From: Trichinella spiralis
Lineage: Eukaryota
Length of the DNA: 56,591 nt
Assembly (NCBI RefSeq): GCF_000181795.1
Contig: NW_003526941.1
Coordinates: forward strand, 8,486,495-8,543,085
Direction: 5' to 3'
Positions 14,356 through 29,597 of this stretch are shown here, one piece after another (position 1 is the first letter of the stretch; each line of letters opens with the position of its first letter). The position numbers were made by a program, and so were the translations under genes. Below the pieces are notes generated by a model that searched no databases, had not been told where the DNA came from, and saw only the letters and a list, made by a program, of their open reading frames with translations.

Positions 14356-15772
14356 TTTAATTAAACTAAGGAATCACTTCACCCTTTCGAAGTACCCTAA
14401 GCCATTGCAAACAGAGACAGCACACACAAGAAATCACATTTACCTCCTGCCTTCTCTTGTTCTGCGTTGTGCCGTCCGTGATTTGGTTCGTGTCGTCCGC
14501 ATTTTCACTTTCGATCTACTTTATTAATTTTACCTGCAAAAATGATATATTAAATCAAAACTGCTCTCATTTCATTACAAAGTAGACTTACGACAAATAT
14601 AATAATTAAGTGCTTTTCAATTAAAAGATAACTATTTTAAAAATGAGTATTCAAATGTTTCGAAAAAAAGTAACACAAGTAGAAAAAAAGAGGAATTACT
14701 TTTCAGCAATTTAAAATAGACGTCAGCAAAAACTATTCAGCGTCATAAACTCAGAGAACGTTTTTCAACGCTACCACTTGCCACGTAAGTCAAACGAACG
14801 AGTGCGCCCTAACTGACGATTATACACCTTAATGCGATCGTTATTTGCATAGCGCAGCGTTCAAAACCGGTTTTTGTGCGTTGGAACTTCTTACTGAGGA
14901 TAAATTCTAACCTATGCCTCAATACAGTATGAACAGAATAAATAATATGCACTGCTCAATTCTACCAATAAAAACCATTTGAAAATTCAAAAATGACCTT
15001 GATATTTACAATTCAGTCAAAAAACACTATCTGGCAGAAAACTCCATACCGAAAAAACTGACTGAAACATAACCCACCTACGTATAACTGAAAATTTTCT
15101 TAAGTCAGAAAACCAAGTAGTTAAAATGGAGATAATTTTATATGAGCAACTTTCTGGCAAAAGCTTGTTTATAGTTAGTTGAACGTACATGTTAGCTATT
15201 GAAAATTCTTATTCTATTTCGAAAGACTATATTCTAATAATAGATAAACAATGTGCACAGGGTGTTATTTAATGAAACTTAATTGTACGGAAATTTGATG
15301 CTCATTAAGTCACTTATCATCTCATATTGAGAAATCATAGAGAATATACTGAGAATTTATGTTTTATATTGCTATGTGATTACGGCTTGAAAATGAAAAA
15401 ACTGCCACTTACTGTCAAATGCGTCATCTTCTCTTTGTTGATTTTCATGCTCTTTTCATGTTAATTGAAAAATTATTTTTCAGAAATTTTTCCAAAAATT
15501 AATAATGAAAATAAAAAGCAAATCTAGTGTTTGGCGTTCAAAGTTGGTCTTCAGTCGATTTTCCAAACAAAACGCAGTGCTTCCATCCACGGACGACGTA
15601 AAACTAAAATTATTTCCAATATGTCAATAATGGAAAGGAAATCGCATGCAAATTTTTATTTTATTCATTTCTCCTGATAAATATCACTAGCCCACTGTTT
15701 TCATTGCGTTTTATTTACTTAAGTAATGCACTGCGTTTGAGAGAAAATTTAATTGTAACCGTGTCAAACGTA
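14356..15772 (-). repeat. Dispersed repeat, inverted copy of ~49646-51064
   Basis: Reverse-complement match including an identical >100 bp stretch (~15521-15635 vs ~49785-49900). The 14356-14750 part is more diverged. Confidence 0.92.
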
Positions 15773-16958
15773 TTTTTTTTATTCTTTTCTGCTTTTTTTA
15801 TTTATTTTATTTTATTTTATTCTTTTCTGCTGATAATCGTGATTGCGTTTTATTTACTTAACTAGGGCTAACCGCGCCATAATGTTCAATTAATGTTGAG
15901 AGATGTCTTGTAGGATGATAGTGAAAATCAAGCTTTGAAGAAGCAATTCACTAGAACAGACAAACTGAACCAATAAAACAATCATTTGAGAATTACAAAA
16001 TGACCTGGCTAGATGGAAGTCATCACCAAAAACTTCCCGTCAAAATATATACACATTGTGCGGTTGCTCTAACAAAAAAACTCAAGCAGACAGGATTATA
16101 TACAATTTGCTTATTGTCTGTGTTCTTCGAAAAATATGATAAACATAATAGGAAGTTATAATAAATTAAATCAATTTCTGTGCAAAAAATGATATTTTTC
16201 AATTTGCATATTAGAAAACACGGCGATTTTAATAATACTAGGCTTGCTTAATAGAACGCTTAAATATACTGACAATCGTGTGAAAACATCAAAAATATAT
16301 TCTGTAATATCAAATGCTTACCTTGATGCAATTTCTTCAACATCGAACAGTGCCTGTCGCTAGCTTACAGTAAACGCAAAGTAAGATTGAATTATTGGGT
16401 ATGGTCAATAGTATTACAATAAACAGTTGGCCAACAGAACATTCATGCGTGAGCCTCAATCAGGAAGCTCCTGAGGGAGTCTTTATTGAAGCTCAGCAAA
16501 CACTTGTTTTCGTTCTACCCCATAATGAAAAAGCGGAATTCCAATTAGACAACTTTTTCACTTCTTTGCCTCTGGCTACGATCATAGTACCCTGCGTGAT
16601 CTCTGTAAATAGCAATATTTCCATTTTAACTGAACGTTCATGGAAATCCAATTCATTTTTCAGTTAGCCCACTCACTTTATTGCAATCATGACATGAAAT
16701 TGTTTGTTATAATTAATGTTTGTACACGTCTTACTTAATTATAATTTTCAATTTACAATATATAAGTGAATTTCAGTGATGCTCAAGTACAAAAGGCAAC
16801 GATAAACTGTGAGAATTGGCCGCCTTCATATGCATTGATTGATTTCTTTATAATATTTGCAACTGGTCGATTCATATTTGGTAAGAACAAATGATAAAGT
16901 GATGTTCGTTCTACAACGGCTCAAAAAAATATCGACCAATGACAAAGATTTCAACTGG

Positions 16959-19900
16959 TCACATATATTGGACATTATTATGATTTGCCGCTAAACGACG
17001 GAACTTGGAATTCGGACAGCTGAGCAATTGGGCAGGATTTCCTTGTTCGACGAGTTGACCATTTTCCATTACAATAATTCTGTCAGAATCCATGACCGTG
17101 CAAAGTCGGTGAGCTATTGTCAGAACCGTCGACTGGGCAAAGCGTCTCCTCAGCAGCCTCTGCAAACGCGCGTCGGTTTCAACGTCCACGTGGGCAGTGG
17201 CTTCGTCAATGCAAATTATCTTGAAGATGCAGGCAAAGGAGAAATGCCACAAGAGATGTTGAACGTGCAATTTACCTTTTTTTCCAAAATCGAAGCCCGA
17301 ATGAGACATATCAACTGCCGTTGGCCGACGGAAACGTTGCTGCCGCCTTCTTTGATTTCCGCTTCCAGTCCACCAAGTTGATGGACAAATTCCTCTTCAA
17401 CAATAGTGGAAATTCAAGAGCTTCATTCAGTGGACAACTGCAACGCTAGCTACCTAATTCGCAAGCTCGGATCGCTTGTTCAAGCTGGTCGCGTTCCAAG
17501 ACGCGTCGGATGTCCAAATTTTCCGCCAACGAACCGCTGAACAAAAATGGATTCTGAGGAATAATGCAGACGGCATTTCTACAAATTCAACAACACCAAC
17601 AACAACAATAATAATTAATAATAATGAAAGTAAGAACATCATCACTTACCTGAGCTCGTATAAATCAACACTAGCAATGTCGATGGAATCGATCAATATT
17701 TGACCACTTTCCAAAGAATACATACGGAACAACGCGTTCAACAAGCTCGACTTTCCTGATCCTGCGAAAGGGAACAATTCAACGTTCTCGTGGAAAGCTT
17801 CATTATATATGAGATAAAGCATCATCATGACAGTCCACCTGTTCGTCCGACGATGGCAACTTTTTCACCAGCATTGACATCAAACGTGACAGCATCCAAA
17901 GCTAACTTGCAATTGGCAGAATAACGCAGACAAACTTGACGAAATTGCAAATGGCCGGCACTGGGCCAACACCCAGCAGCAGGCCTGTTGGTCGAGCGAT
18001 CCTCGGCTTGACGTTCCGAAGCCACGCCCCTAATGTAGTCGAACAGTCGTTCGGTCGAGACGAAGTCGCGTTCAGTGTCCGCCAACGAGTTGGTCAACTC
18101 GGCAAGCAAATTCACGGCCAACAACACGTACGTCAACGCCAAGCCGATCATTTCTGCGAAAATATGCAACAGTAACAAACAAACAAACAAACAAACGAAA
18201 TTCCACTGACCAGAATGAACTCGGCTCAGACGATGTTGCACCAAAGCGACCACGCCCACGGCGGTGATTGTAGTCACGGCGATGATGTTCAAACGGAATG
18301 AAAACCACAAACTCGAAGCCAACAAACTGTATTCACATTTCAAATAATTCGTCAACAGTTGTTCAAATTCATCTACGAATCTACAATTTGAAATTTGAAA
18401 TAAATAAATAAATAATACTTTCAAATCGAATTATTCATTATTCACAAGTCGAAAGTGGCCAACGCGCGCACAGTGACCACGCCCCGTACCGTGTCCGCAA
18501 AATGAGCGTAAATCGGTGACAAGCTGACACTGGACAATCGTCTCAATGGGCAACGTGTCATTCTGTACTGATGCTACAATTTTGCAATCAATCGAATAAT
18601 ATTCAAATAAGGTAAAATTTAAATAAAAAATTGTTTTGTCCCAAGATTCTCACTTGAATATACCAGTAGAATAAGCACAACGGCGCGACGACCACAACGC
18701 ACCACGGTAAACTGTAGAGCACAAGAACCACGGCTCCGAGAAGTTCGAAGGTAAATTTCGCCAGACGATTCGCCTGAGAGGGTAGTGATTCATCTGTGGA
18801 AAACATGTCGGTCGAGATACGATTCAAAATTCGTCCTTTTGGTGTAGCGAGGAAGAAGCTCAGCGGTGCCTGAAGACAAAAAATGCGTTCACAACTTGGA
18901 ACATTCATCATGTTGAAGGGAAAGTTATTAAAAAACCAATCCTCCCTCACACGAAACAATTTGTTCATTAATAAACTGTGAATACGTTCCGACGCTCGCA
19001 AACATCCGTAAGCGTAGACGAAAGCTCTGATTAGCACAAAGATACTGTTAGCAACGGCCAGACTGGAGTAAACTGTCAAAAAGTATAGTTGAGAATTATC
19101 GTTGAGATGATTCATCTCTTCAACAAGATCACTCCGCTGTTGAACTGTAAATATGAGAAAATAAAAAAAAGAAATAAACGATATAAGCATACTTACTTGC
19201 ACCAATGTTGCTGATGTTATTGCTGTTCGTGTTGTTAGCATGTTTCAGCCAGTACGAAAGCCACCAATCACTGGCGTTTCTGCTTGCTAAATTGAACGTG
19301 AAAAGTGAAGCAACAATTCCAACAGCCATTCTAATAGCAAACCTTGCATTGAAAACAGTGACAACAAAATTGCCAAACAAAATCCATAACCCATAATACG
19401 ACAGTAAGTTTTATAAATGGAAAATTTTACCAAACCGATCTGCAAACAACATGAATTTTAAAAGTTGTGGCAATAGTTATGATGATTCATTTGAATTTAT
19501 GCTATATGACGAAAATGTATGACGAATTTTCAAATTTCATTGTGCAAACCTCTTGCGCTTCACAATTTTCCATCTGCATTTGCTTGTCAGCGTTGATTTC
19601 GGTGGGATGTTTCAGCTCAAATTCGGCACAATCATCTCCTTTGAAAGCAGTATCATTTGAAACTGCCAATTCTTTCTTCTCACTGATCTGTGGCACCGTT
19701 TGGGGAGGGCCTGAAGCAAAATAATCAAAAACAAACAAACTGCTTGCCAATTTTTGATCACAATTTTGGCCACTTACTGAAACTGACAATACGACCATGA
19801 TTCAGAGTTAAAATTCGGTCGGTTTTAATTAAATATTCAGAACGATGAGTGACCAAAAGTACAGTCTTGTCACGCAGCATGCCTCGTATGCACCGGTCGA

Positions 19901-22277
19901 ACAACGCCTCGGCAATCAACGCATCCACCGCAGAAAGAGGATCATCCAAAAGATAAATATCCAGGTCCTGGATGGTTTTATGTTTTCAATTTGAAAAACT
20001 GAAAATCACAGAACGCAAACACAAAAGCATTGTTCACCTGATATACGGTCCGAGCTAATGCAACGCGGGCTCGTTGACCACCGCTTAACGCTTGTCCTTC
20101 TTCGCCAACCGTTGTCTGATCACCCATACTCAGTTGCTTTAAACAACACGAATGTTATTTATATCAACTTTTTGAAATAATTCAAAGAAATTCAAACAAC
20201 CACCAACAATAAACAGCCTTTCCTTACTTGAAAATCCTCTGCCAGACAGCACGCGTCCACAACATTCCAATACCAGTCATTTTGAAATGGCTTGCCAAAG
20301 GTGATGTTTTCCCTTATAGTGCCACTTCTCAGCCAAACATCTTGACAAGCGTAGCCCACGCCTTCTCCAGCGCGACGTTGTAAAAATACTGAACCTTCGC
20401 AAAGGTGCAACTCTTGCAAAATGGTATAAAATAGCGACGATTTGCCCGAACCAACAGAACCACAAATGCCGATCAATTCTCCCTGAATGAATTGAAAAAA
20501 AAACACAACATTTATAATTTCAAAATTTACGCAGCACTTCAAAGAGTAAACCCGAACGAATGAACCTTTTGTACAGTTAAATTGATGTTTCTCAACGTTG
20601 GCGATTCAGTTTCGCCTTGCCAACTGGAAGTTACATTGTCCAGTTTCAGTGCAACGGACGACGACAAATTCAGTGAAGCATCCGGTGAAACAGAGTTGTC
20701 AAGCAAAGAGTTAAGATTCAAAAATGCCGACAGTCTGTTTTTGGATACGCAGGCTTCGATCGCAGCGCTAAGAATCCATGGTAAATTTATCAACGGTGCA
20801 ATGAGAACATTGAGAAGAGACAAGCTGGTGAAAACCTTAAACAACAAAATGAAATAATTTTCGACTGCAATCAATATTAAAATAAAAAAACAACAACAAA
20901 CCAAAAAACATCGAAATTGAATCAACTATTGAACAAATTTCATACCTGATTATCATCAACTGGATACAAAAGAAATATTTTTTTAAAATACAGTATACAG
21001 CTAAAAGAAATCAAGTATTTCTTTTCAATTCAATAACTCTTTTCTACCTTGGAAGCAGTCAAATGGCCGCCCAACAGAACGTAAGTAAGAAACGTAAGCG
21101 TGCTCATGAGCAAACTGGTGGCAGCCCAGATGTAAACCGAAACAGCGTCCAAATATTTCCGACGCTTCAAGTATTTCAACTCTTCCCGCCTCATCAATTC
21201 AACACGCTTTTCGAAATCAGCTTCAAACGCGCCAAATTTCACCGTCGCCACGCCTGACAAAATTTCGTTGACGAACTAAAAAAACAAGATGAACAGTGCA
21301 AGTGAATAAATAAAACAAGTTTTAAATTATTTAATAAGAAATAAAAGGGAAAAAAACTGTAACCAATTAATAACTGATTGATCGTACACGAACTCGACAA
21401 TCTTTCTTTTCCATCATTCGATGAAACAGTGTGCCCATCTTGGACGACAGGCAACGGACCAACGGCAAAAAAGCCAACGCGATCCCAATGCCGGCAACGA
21501 ATGCAATGCCAACCTGAAAATCATTAAACATCGACAAAATGGATTTGAACATGGAAAAACAAAATACAGTTGTCAAACCTCTCTGTAGAGGAGAAAAAAT
21601 GCAACGCCGATTTGCAACGGCACACTCCAGACGTCGTGCAAGCAGCGGCAAAATGCGAGCAGTCGTTCCGTGTCGGTGGACAGCAGATTCACCAACTCGC
21701 CAACGCTGAAATGACTCAGCTGGCAAGCTGCCAAGTCCAGCAGTCGCCTGTAGACGGACATGGTCACTAGAGCGCGGACTTTCAGTTCCACCAAGCCGAG
21801 CCGATGCCTGTAGTGAGTGGTCAGCAGGGCGTTGGCCAAATTGGCACCGAACAATCCCAAAGCGATGTACAAGCCGTGATGCTCGAATGAAGAAGAAGCG
21901 TTCGGGTTGTCGACAAATCGGAGCAAACATCCCAACAAGAGTGGATTTGCAAACGCCAGCATATCGCCGAGCAATTTCAGCAATGCCAGGGGATAAAACT
22001 CAACCGCCAAACGCCGGTGCAGCTTACTTGCCCAACCGGTGGGGCTTCTTCTCGTCCGACTTTGGTGAAATGCTTGTTCAAGTGCCGATAATCGACATGC
22101 ATCCGGAAGAGCAAGCAGATCGTCGCAACTGGTCAACTCCCCTCGGACACCTTTGCCAACGAGGCTGTTTGTCCAGCAGAAGAACAATCTGGAAAAGATA
22201 TTCCCACTCTCTTCTTGTCCTACAGTCGCTGTCAGACTTTCCCCATCGATCACCAGCACTTCATCAGCGTCATTCAT
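16959..22277 (-). CDS. ABCC10: ABCC10/MRP7-like ABC transporter (TMD1-NBD1-TMD2-NBD2), multi-exon
   Basis: Lasso motif [17 protein letters not shown]1 has Walker [10 protein letters not shown], signature LSGGQRAR and [12 protein letters not shown]2 has [27 protein letters not shown] and [12 protein letters not shown]10-typical stretches include [12 protein letters not shown] and [13 protein letters not shown]. Confidence 0.85.
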
Positions 22278-22700
22278 CACAGCTGTTCAACAAGTCAGTA
22301 GTTTTCCTTCAACAGTATCCTTTTGTAGTGATATTTTCTGAAAATTTCAAAACAAACTATGCACTAAAGAATTTGTTTGAAATCAACAAAAATATCCATC
22401 AAACATTCATCACAAACAAACAAATGAAATTTATTTGAATCAACATTAAAAATTTATAACACGTTCTGAAAAAAAAATTAATGCTTTCAAAATAGTTTAA
22501 TCAAGAAGAAAAGACGATATACTTTTGTCGTGGAAAAGTAACAATTTGAAACACCACACAACAATACTAGCAACGTATTATTTTGTGTGAGCAGAACAAA
22601 CAGAAAAGTAAACAACAACAAAAATCCAGCATCAAAGAAGCTAGCAGTGACGAGAATCGTGAATTATTACATCACGGTGCAAGAATTCCATTTTTCTTCT

Positions 22701-23764
22701 TCAATCGATTAGTTTTTTCGCTCTGAAAAATCTGCGCAAGTATAACACTTGCCAAGAAGCCAGGAGAAGCAAACAGCTGACAGAAAAAAGAGTCAAATAT
22801 AATACTCGAGAATTTGTCGACTCTAAGATGAAAATTAATCAGCATCAAAACATACTGCCTGATTAAATTATCCAACTGATCACTAATTACCGTTTGTATT
22901 TCTTATATCCTCTTCGTACAAATTTACGGCGGCAAAATCTTGCAAAAGACTTTCACCAAGATCTTCCAAGCGTCTCAGTTCCATTTCAACCGGAAGCAAA
23001 TGTTCTGCTTTAGCAATCTGAAACGGTAAATTTGCATTTAGCAAATAAAAATAATAAAATAAATATTCTGCAAACAATTTCAATAAGTAAGAAAATGCTA
23101 GTTACTTCATGCATTAAAAAAATGAAAAATTTACATGCAACAAAAATACACTTGAAAACAATAATTACTGACCTGTTCATAATCTTTAGCTTCGAGTCCA
23201 TGTCTGATGTTCAATTCAACTTCACGCAGCATTCCCGCTTGTGCACCACCTTGAAAAATATTTGAAAATGAAAAATTGTGTAAAGTGCAAAATGAAACCA
23301 TTTCCATTTCAAAAACAATGCTTACTATGCTGAGGTTTCGTGCTTACGCAAATTTCAAACAAATCTGATTTGTCTGTAGTGAAAGCAAATTTTCCAGTAA
23401 GATCAGTAAAATCTTGTCGTTTGAAAAGAATGTGGTTTTGAAAATCAGTCACCTAAAACAATTTTTTAATTACCAAACAAAAAATTTATTTAAATTATAC
23501 AATTCAAAAGTCAAACTGAACTGCCTGTTCACAGGTTCACAAAAATGTTTCCTAAACAATCTGCAATGTTATACTTACAATTATGTTGCTCAACTGAGCT
23601 GGTCCCTCGGTAAACGAATAATCGCCCGTGACTACAACACCTTTCGCGGCTTCTTCTTTCACACATACCGGACGTCCCGGTCTCACCAAAAATCGCAACG
23701 CATTTATTTCAGTAAAAACTGTGAGGCATAGAAAGAAAACACAAATGCATTCTGCACAACCCAT
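22701..23764 (-). CDS. TMED10: p24 delta / TMED10 (Tmp21) GOLD-domain cargo receptor, 5 exons
   Basis: Signal peptide, GOLD domain ([24 protein letters not shown]), coiled coil ([29 protein letters not shown]), [11 protein letters not shown] segment, and tail [13 protein letters not shown] typical of TMED10. Confidence 0.93.
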
Positions 23765-24837
23765 TTCACCGTTAAATGTTTCCTTTCAAAAATCAAGCGC
23801 TGAAGAAATATATCTACCTAGAATATTTCAATTAAAAATTGAAATAATTTAAAAATTCAACAACTCAAAAACATCTGTCAGCTAATTTTATTAACTGGTG
23901 GAGTTCAGTCAAATATTTCTCCTCATCTATAATAGACATATTTCGTTTAAAATATTTTTCGCTGTATTTGGACTGTTATATACACAATTTTCAATTTCAA
24001 TTCATATGAAAATTATAACAAAAACACAAAAATCCACTTACAATTTACAAAATTAATGGCAATGTACAAAAGAATCGAGGAAATTAGCAAGTAGCAGAAA
24101 CAACTACAAATACAAATTAGGCAACGCCGCACGATACTGACACGTCTTTAAGTGTGTACTGTAGATAATCAAGTTCAATTTATATTACTCTTTTCAAAAT
24201 AAAAATATGAGATGAAGCAGTTGGATAGAGAGAATCATTTAAATATATATAATTGTTAATTTAAAAACAATTACATGATGCTACATTTCGATTTAATGAA
24301 TGACAAATTGCCTGTGAAAAAATATAACCAGATGTTGACTATTATTATACAATTAAAACTTACTTTTCTTTTTTCTGGGTGAGAATGATCAAAATTAGTT
24401 GAAGAAGTCGATTTGGTCTAGAAATTTTTACTTTGAGGTCTTTATCATTTCATTGATTATATATATATACAGCCCATCAGTTGTTCTCAACATTGTTCAA
24501 CTGCACGCAATGTCGAAAGTCAAAATGATCAAATTCGTCGTAGAATTATTCATTTCATGAATAAGAAAAAGAAAAAATAATAAGTAATAATAAATCATAG
24601 CATGTATACTGGCATACAGATATCATAAATAAATAAATAAATAAATAAATAAACACACATATCTGTGAATATGCATATTAGCAAACAGATAACAAGATTA
24701 TCACTTCTGAAAAAAATATTAAAATAAGTTTAGTCCCTGACCCCAGCTCAGGAAATTTCAAAGTTATGATCAACGAAAAAGATAAGTAAAAAAACAACAA
24801 CAAATAATAACAATAATCAGAACAACAACAGCACCGT

Positions 24838-27800
24838 TCAGACGACGGTGGCCGCTTTGAGCGGCGAGCCAGTCGAAGAAGCACCATTACTTTTGTTCGC
24901 TGCCTTTGCATTTGTAACAGTACCAGCTGAGGCTGAGATACAAACGTCAGAACAGGATGCATTTGTGCGCGCAACACCCAAGGGCTTGGATTCGTCATAC
25001 CAAGAAAGCACATCCTGCACGTCGTGAGCAATCATTGCTTTGGGACCAGTGCGTTGATGGACCATGGCTGAATGCTGCGGCGAGCTGAACGTCGGAGGCA
25101 AATTAACTTCGTGTTGCACACGTCTAGCTGGCGCTACAGCAGGTTGTCGGTTTGTATATTTCAAATAATCATCATTACTGTATGGTCGAACGGCCTCTAG
25201 AGCAGGCTGACAAGCAACCATTGCTGACGAACCACGACTCGGATAACGTGGAGGAGAATGATCCATTGATGCATATGATTCTTGATATTGTTGTTGTTGT
25301 TGTTGCTGCTGCTGCTGCTGCTGTTGACGACCAATTACTGTATATTTTTCAGACAATCGCTTCAGCAAACCCGTTGCACCAGTACCTCGATTCTTCAACT
25401 GCCTCCTATCCAAACTGCCGACGTAATTAACCATTCCAGGAAACTGCCCACTGCATCCTGGAATTGCCGCCTTTGCACCTGCACTGCTAGAAATACTGCG
25501 ATGCGTCAAGCCAGAATTAACCGACTCTGAGCTGCCGAGAACAGCATGGTTCATCCGTTCCAGACAATCCTGATCCCAGCTGGTCCTCTGCTGCGGTACA
25601 TTGTATGAACCGAGGGCGTGATCAACCGCGTCCACTTTTGGAAAAAACCTCAACGGACTGAGCACATCTCGCTCGTCGTTTTGCAATGACTGCGATGACA
25701 GACTGCGACTGCAGCCAACGCTAACGTTCGGCCGGTCCAACAAAGTCGGATAGTTCTGCTGTCTGTACTTGCTTTGATAAGAAACAAATGGACGGTAGCC
25801 GACCGCAGACGACGACGACGACGACTGTCTCATGTTCAACTCTAATAAGCCACTACTACAAGGCACTGAATCCTCAGCACATCGTAAACCAAGATTCGGT
25901 GAATTGGGAATGGAAGCCTAAAATCAGCAATACACTTCTGCAACAATTAGCAACAAAAACAATAAACAATCAAACCTAACTACTACTGAATAAAATGGCA
26001 ATAAACTGTGCATATATTTTATATTGATGTATTACCGATCTCAGTCGACTGTTCGATGCAGACGTCGAAGGGGCTTGTGCATAGTAAGGCAAAGCATCGC
26101 GTCCACGAAGCGGTGACAAACGGCTACTCGAAGCCATGCCACTAGCAGCGTTACGACAACTCTGCAAACGTCCCAACGAGTTGCAAGCAAACGGAGAAGG
26201 TTGTCCGCGGATTACCGAATTCGTTTTGTCACTTTTGTAAGGCGAATGGGAATAATTTATACAGTGCATATCTGCAAGAGAAAAAACATCAATGCAATTG
26301 TGCCAATGCATTTGAAAAAGGTTTTCAAAAATCATCTTACTGTATTTAGTAGCAGTCAGGCACAGTTGTTCCAGTTGATTTTCCAACTGCTTCAACTGTT
26401 GTATTGCTTGTTTGAGATCTTGACGGCGACGCCTGCGTACCACGCTCGACACGCTCGGGTCGTTCACCAACTTCTCATGACCAGCGACAATTTTTCGCTT
26501 AATCTCCACATCTGCTTCCAATTTTGAAATATGATCAATCTGAAACAAAAAACAACAACAACAGTACACTTCGAAGTGTATATTCCAACAATATGTGAAA
26601 AAAATCTTCCAACTGACTGACTGACTGTACGTGCAATTTAAAAATCCCATGCTTCAAGAAAGAAGAAAAGTATACTGTAAAACTGCAAAACACATTCGGT
26701 TGATCAATTTACAAAATAAAAACACATACCGTGACCAATTTGTTGACTAAATCCGGTGAAATACTGAACGAAGTGCCCACACGTCGTTTGATCTTCGGCT
26801 CTGCTTCGCCTGGTGCCAAAGCGCTGTACAATTCAGATGGTATTTCGCCCGTAATATTCTAATGCATGGATAATATTAATAATTAATAAAAACTGGCAAT
26901 TAAAAAATTTTCCTTAAACTTTCCAATAATTTACCCCTTCCTGAATGCAGACGTCTTTCAATTCTTTGAGCTTTTCGATGAGAAGAAGTTCCAGCGCTTG
27001 CTTGCGGCTTTGCAACTGCTTGTAAAATTCCGAATCTCTAGCTTGTTCTTCATCTGATGAGTAAAAAAAATGTATCTCTCAGTAAGTGAAAGAAAAGAAA
27101 AATTCCACAAATACCAGCATAGCACATGTTGGGCAACGAACGAAGACTCTGCGACGAAACGGACGAGCCCAGATCTGAGGTACTGTTGTTCGACGTGTCT
27201 GTGTGCATGCGTATCGCAGAAAAGGGAAGCTTATTCAAATTGTCCAACAGTTCGTTGATGTGCCTGATTTGTACGTTTTTATCTTTCTAGAAGAAGTGCT
27301 TGGATGAAAAAGAAAAAAACTTTTGCGCAAAAATTAATCATTTAAATTACTCTGCTGATGGCTTTGTTGTCCAAATAGAATTGGTGCTGCGATATGGCCA
27401 ACGACCAAATATTTTTACACAACTGCGGCGATTCGCATAAGTAGACAAGCACGTGCACGTTGCTCGGTACGAACGTTCGTCGACTTAGCGAAACCCTGGG
27501 ATGATTTTTAAAAAAAAGTATATAAAACACCACGTGATTAACTTTAGAATAACGTCTGAAAATTCATGCAGTAGCTCTCTATTGGCAGTCAAAGCATAAG
27601 AAAATAAAAACATCTAGATCTATCACCGTTAAATGAATTCAAAGCAACGTACTGAGTTGTAGGATCGCCAATAGCGGCGATCAAATTATCACCAGGAACT
27701 GTGGAAGATTGGAATGCGTCCTCAAGAGGATTGAAAGAACTTAACACGTGTACAACACTAGAAACAGAATACGTATACGCCACTACAATTCACAACAACA

Positions 27801-29597
27801 ACAACAACAACAACATGCACATGATGTGATTTGAAACAAAACCAGAAGACTAATGCTAATTTCCACATTGACTTACCGTCTCGGATCGTGCACTTCTACG
27901 GAAAATTTTTTATCCCGGTAGTATAAATTTTCCAACTGATTCCAGCCAAAACTCTGAACCAAATTTAGCTGACGACGTGAGTTCAAATTGCCAGCACAAA
28001 AACCAACTTACCCGCAAAGCACTGCTTTTGTCGTTGCTGTTAAACTGAAATATACCACGACTGGAAAATCCCAGCACAAACGGTGAACCAACTTTGTCCT
28101 TTTGAAATGAATGAAAAAAAAAATTTTTTTTTAAAGCTGTTTCTCTCATTACAACATTAGTCATCAGTATTCACAAATTCTCACTTTCACTTCGTAGAAA
28201 TGCATGCCATAAGTTTCTAACCGTTCGACCAAAGTCAAATATCTAGGTAGAATGGATGTGGATTTTTGTTGAACAATAATAATATTAAGTTTTCCAGAAA
28301 AAAAAGAACTAAAACATACTTTACAACAGCACTGCCTCGACTCATACCCGTCAAATTCTTGTGTATTTCAATAACTTGATCCTCGCTGAAACAACGCTGC
28401 GTATTATTCAATTGGACACATGAAAAACAATGTTCAACATTACCATTCCAAAGGAGAATAGTAGTATCTGAGCACGCTTTCTGGAAATACCGGCAATTTT
28501 TTGATCGCATTTCTCGTCGCATTCTCGCTAAAAAAAGAAAATCGATTGATAGATATAAGAAAAAGAAGCAAGTAATCAAATGAAAATCAAAGAGAACGTA
28601 CTTTCTGAAGTCGCCGTAGTAAGCTTGGACCAACAGAGCACCCAGTTGGAATATGGTATCGTGATCGGCATTGATGACATTCTGAAAAAATAATTGAAGC
28701 AAATATGAAAATTGTTTTTGCAATTTGCACACTATTTCAATGAAAGAATAAATTCAAAAAAATGATTTGCAGGTAGCATAACTTTTACAGTGTAAAAACT
28801 ACAGTAAGCAACCGGACAAAGTGTGCTTTTACGTCGAACATTTGCAACACTTGGAAAAGTATTGAAGAAATGAAATAAAATGAAATGAAATGAAATAAAA
28901 TACAGTTCATATTTCTGATAAAAGTTGAATGACATTCAATAGAACTGATTTTGTTCATGACTGAAATTTCGGCAGAGCAATTTGGAGGCTATAAACTAAT
29001 TTTATGATCAAATTGTTCTCAATTTTGTAAGAATATGCCTGAAAATTTGCTAAATTTACCCGATAGATTTGATTTCGAACTTGCAAAAATAACAATTCCA
29101 CCGATGCAGCGTTGGCAAATCGCATGAACGAGTCGACATAAAATCTTTAAAATAAAATAAATATATATAAATATATATATATATATAAACAATAATTCCA
29201 CAAAAAGCTGCATTCTGTACAAATAAATGATCGCTTGATTTACTTGACTAAATGGTGAAGCGTCAATACGGCACTGGAAGGGGCTAACTTTTTTGGAAAC
29301 TCGTGATCGAGCACCCGTCTGTCATCGTGCAACCAAAACAGCTGTTGCCTTGTATGGAAAAAAAAACACTCACAAACAATATTATGAATAGCATAATCGA
29401 AGCAAATGAGTATTAAAGAATTTTTTTTACTTGTCGTCTTGAAATGCGAGACCAAAATACTGTCTGTCTGGATCTTTCAAATGGCAATGCGAGGCGACGA
29501 TGTTCATCAGCTCAGCCACAGTCAAACGGGTCTGCACGACAATCTCCAAACGACGGTCATCGAGCAGCACTACCTGAGTCCGCCGACCTTCGGTCAT
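24838..29597 (-). CDS. FRMD4: FERM domain-containing protein 4 (FRMD4A/B-like)
   Basis: MTEGRRTQVVLLDDRRLEIVVQ..LVASH, WLHDDRRVLDHEFPKK, FERM-C (SIW..AISQHQFYLD), cytohesin-binding coiled coil (EG|LTGE.P..VKRRVGTSF; RRRRRQD), low-complexity tail with polyQ ending KAATVV*. Probable upstream exons at ~31620-31665 and ~34469-34640. Confidence 0.88.

Noticed and set aside
17028..22438. Plus-strand ORFs overlapping ABCC10
   Set aside because: Antisense shadows of GC-richer coding exons.
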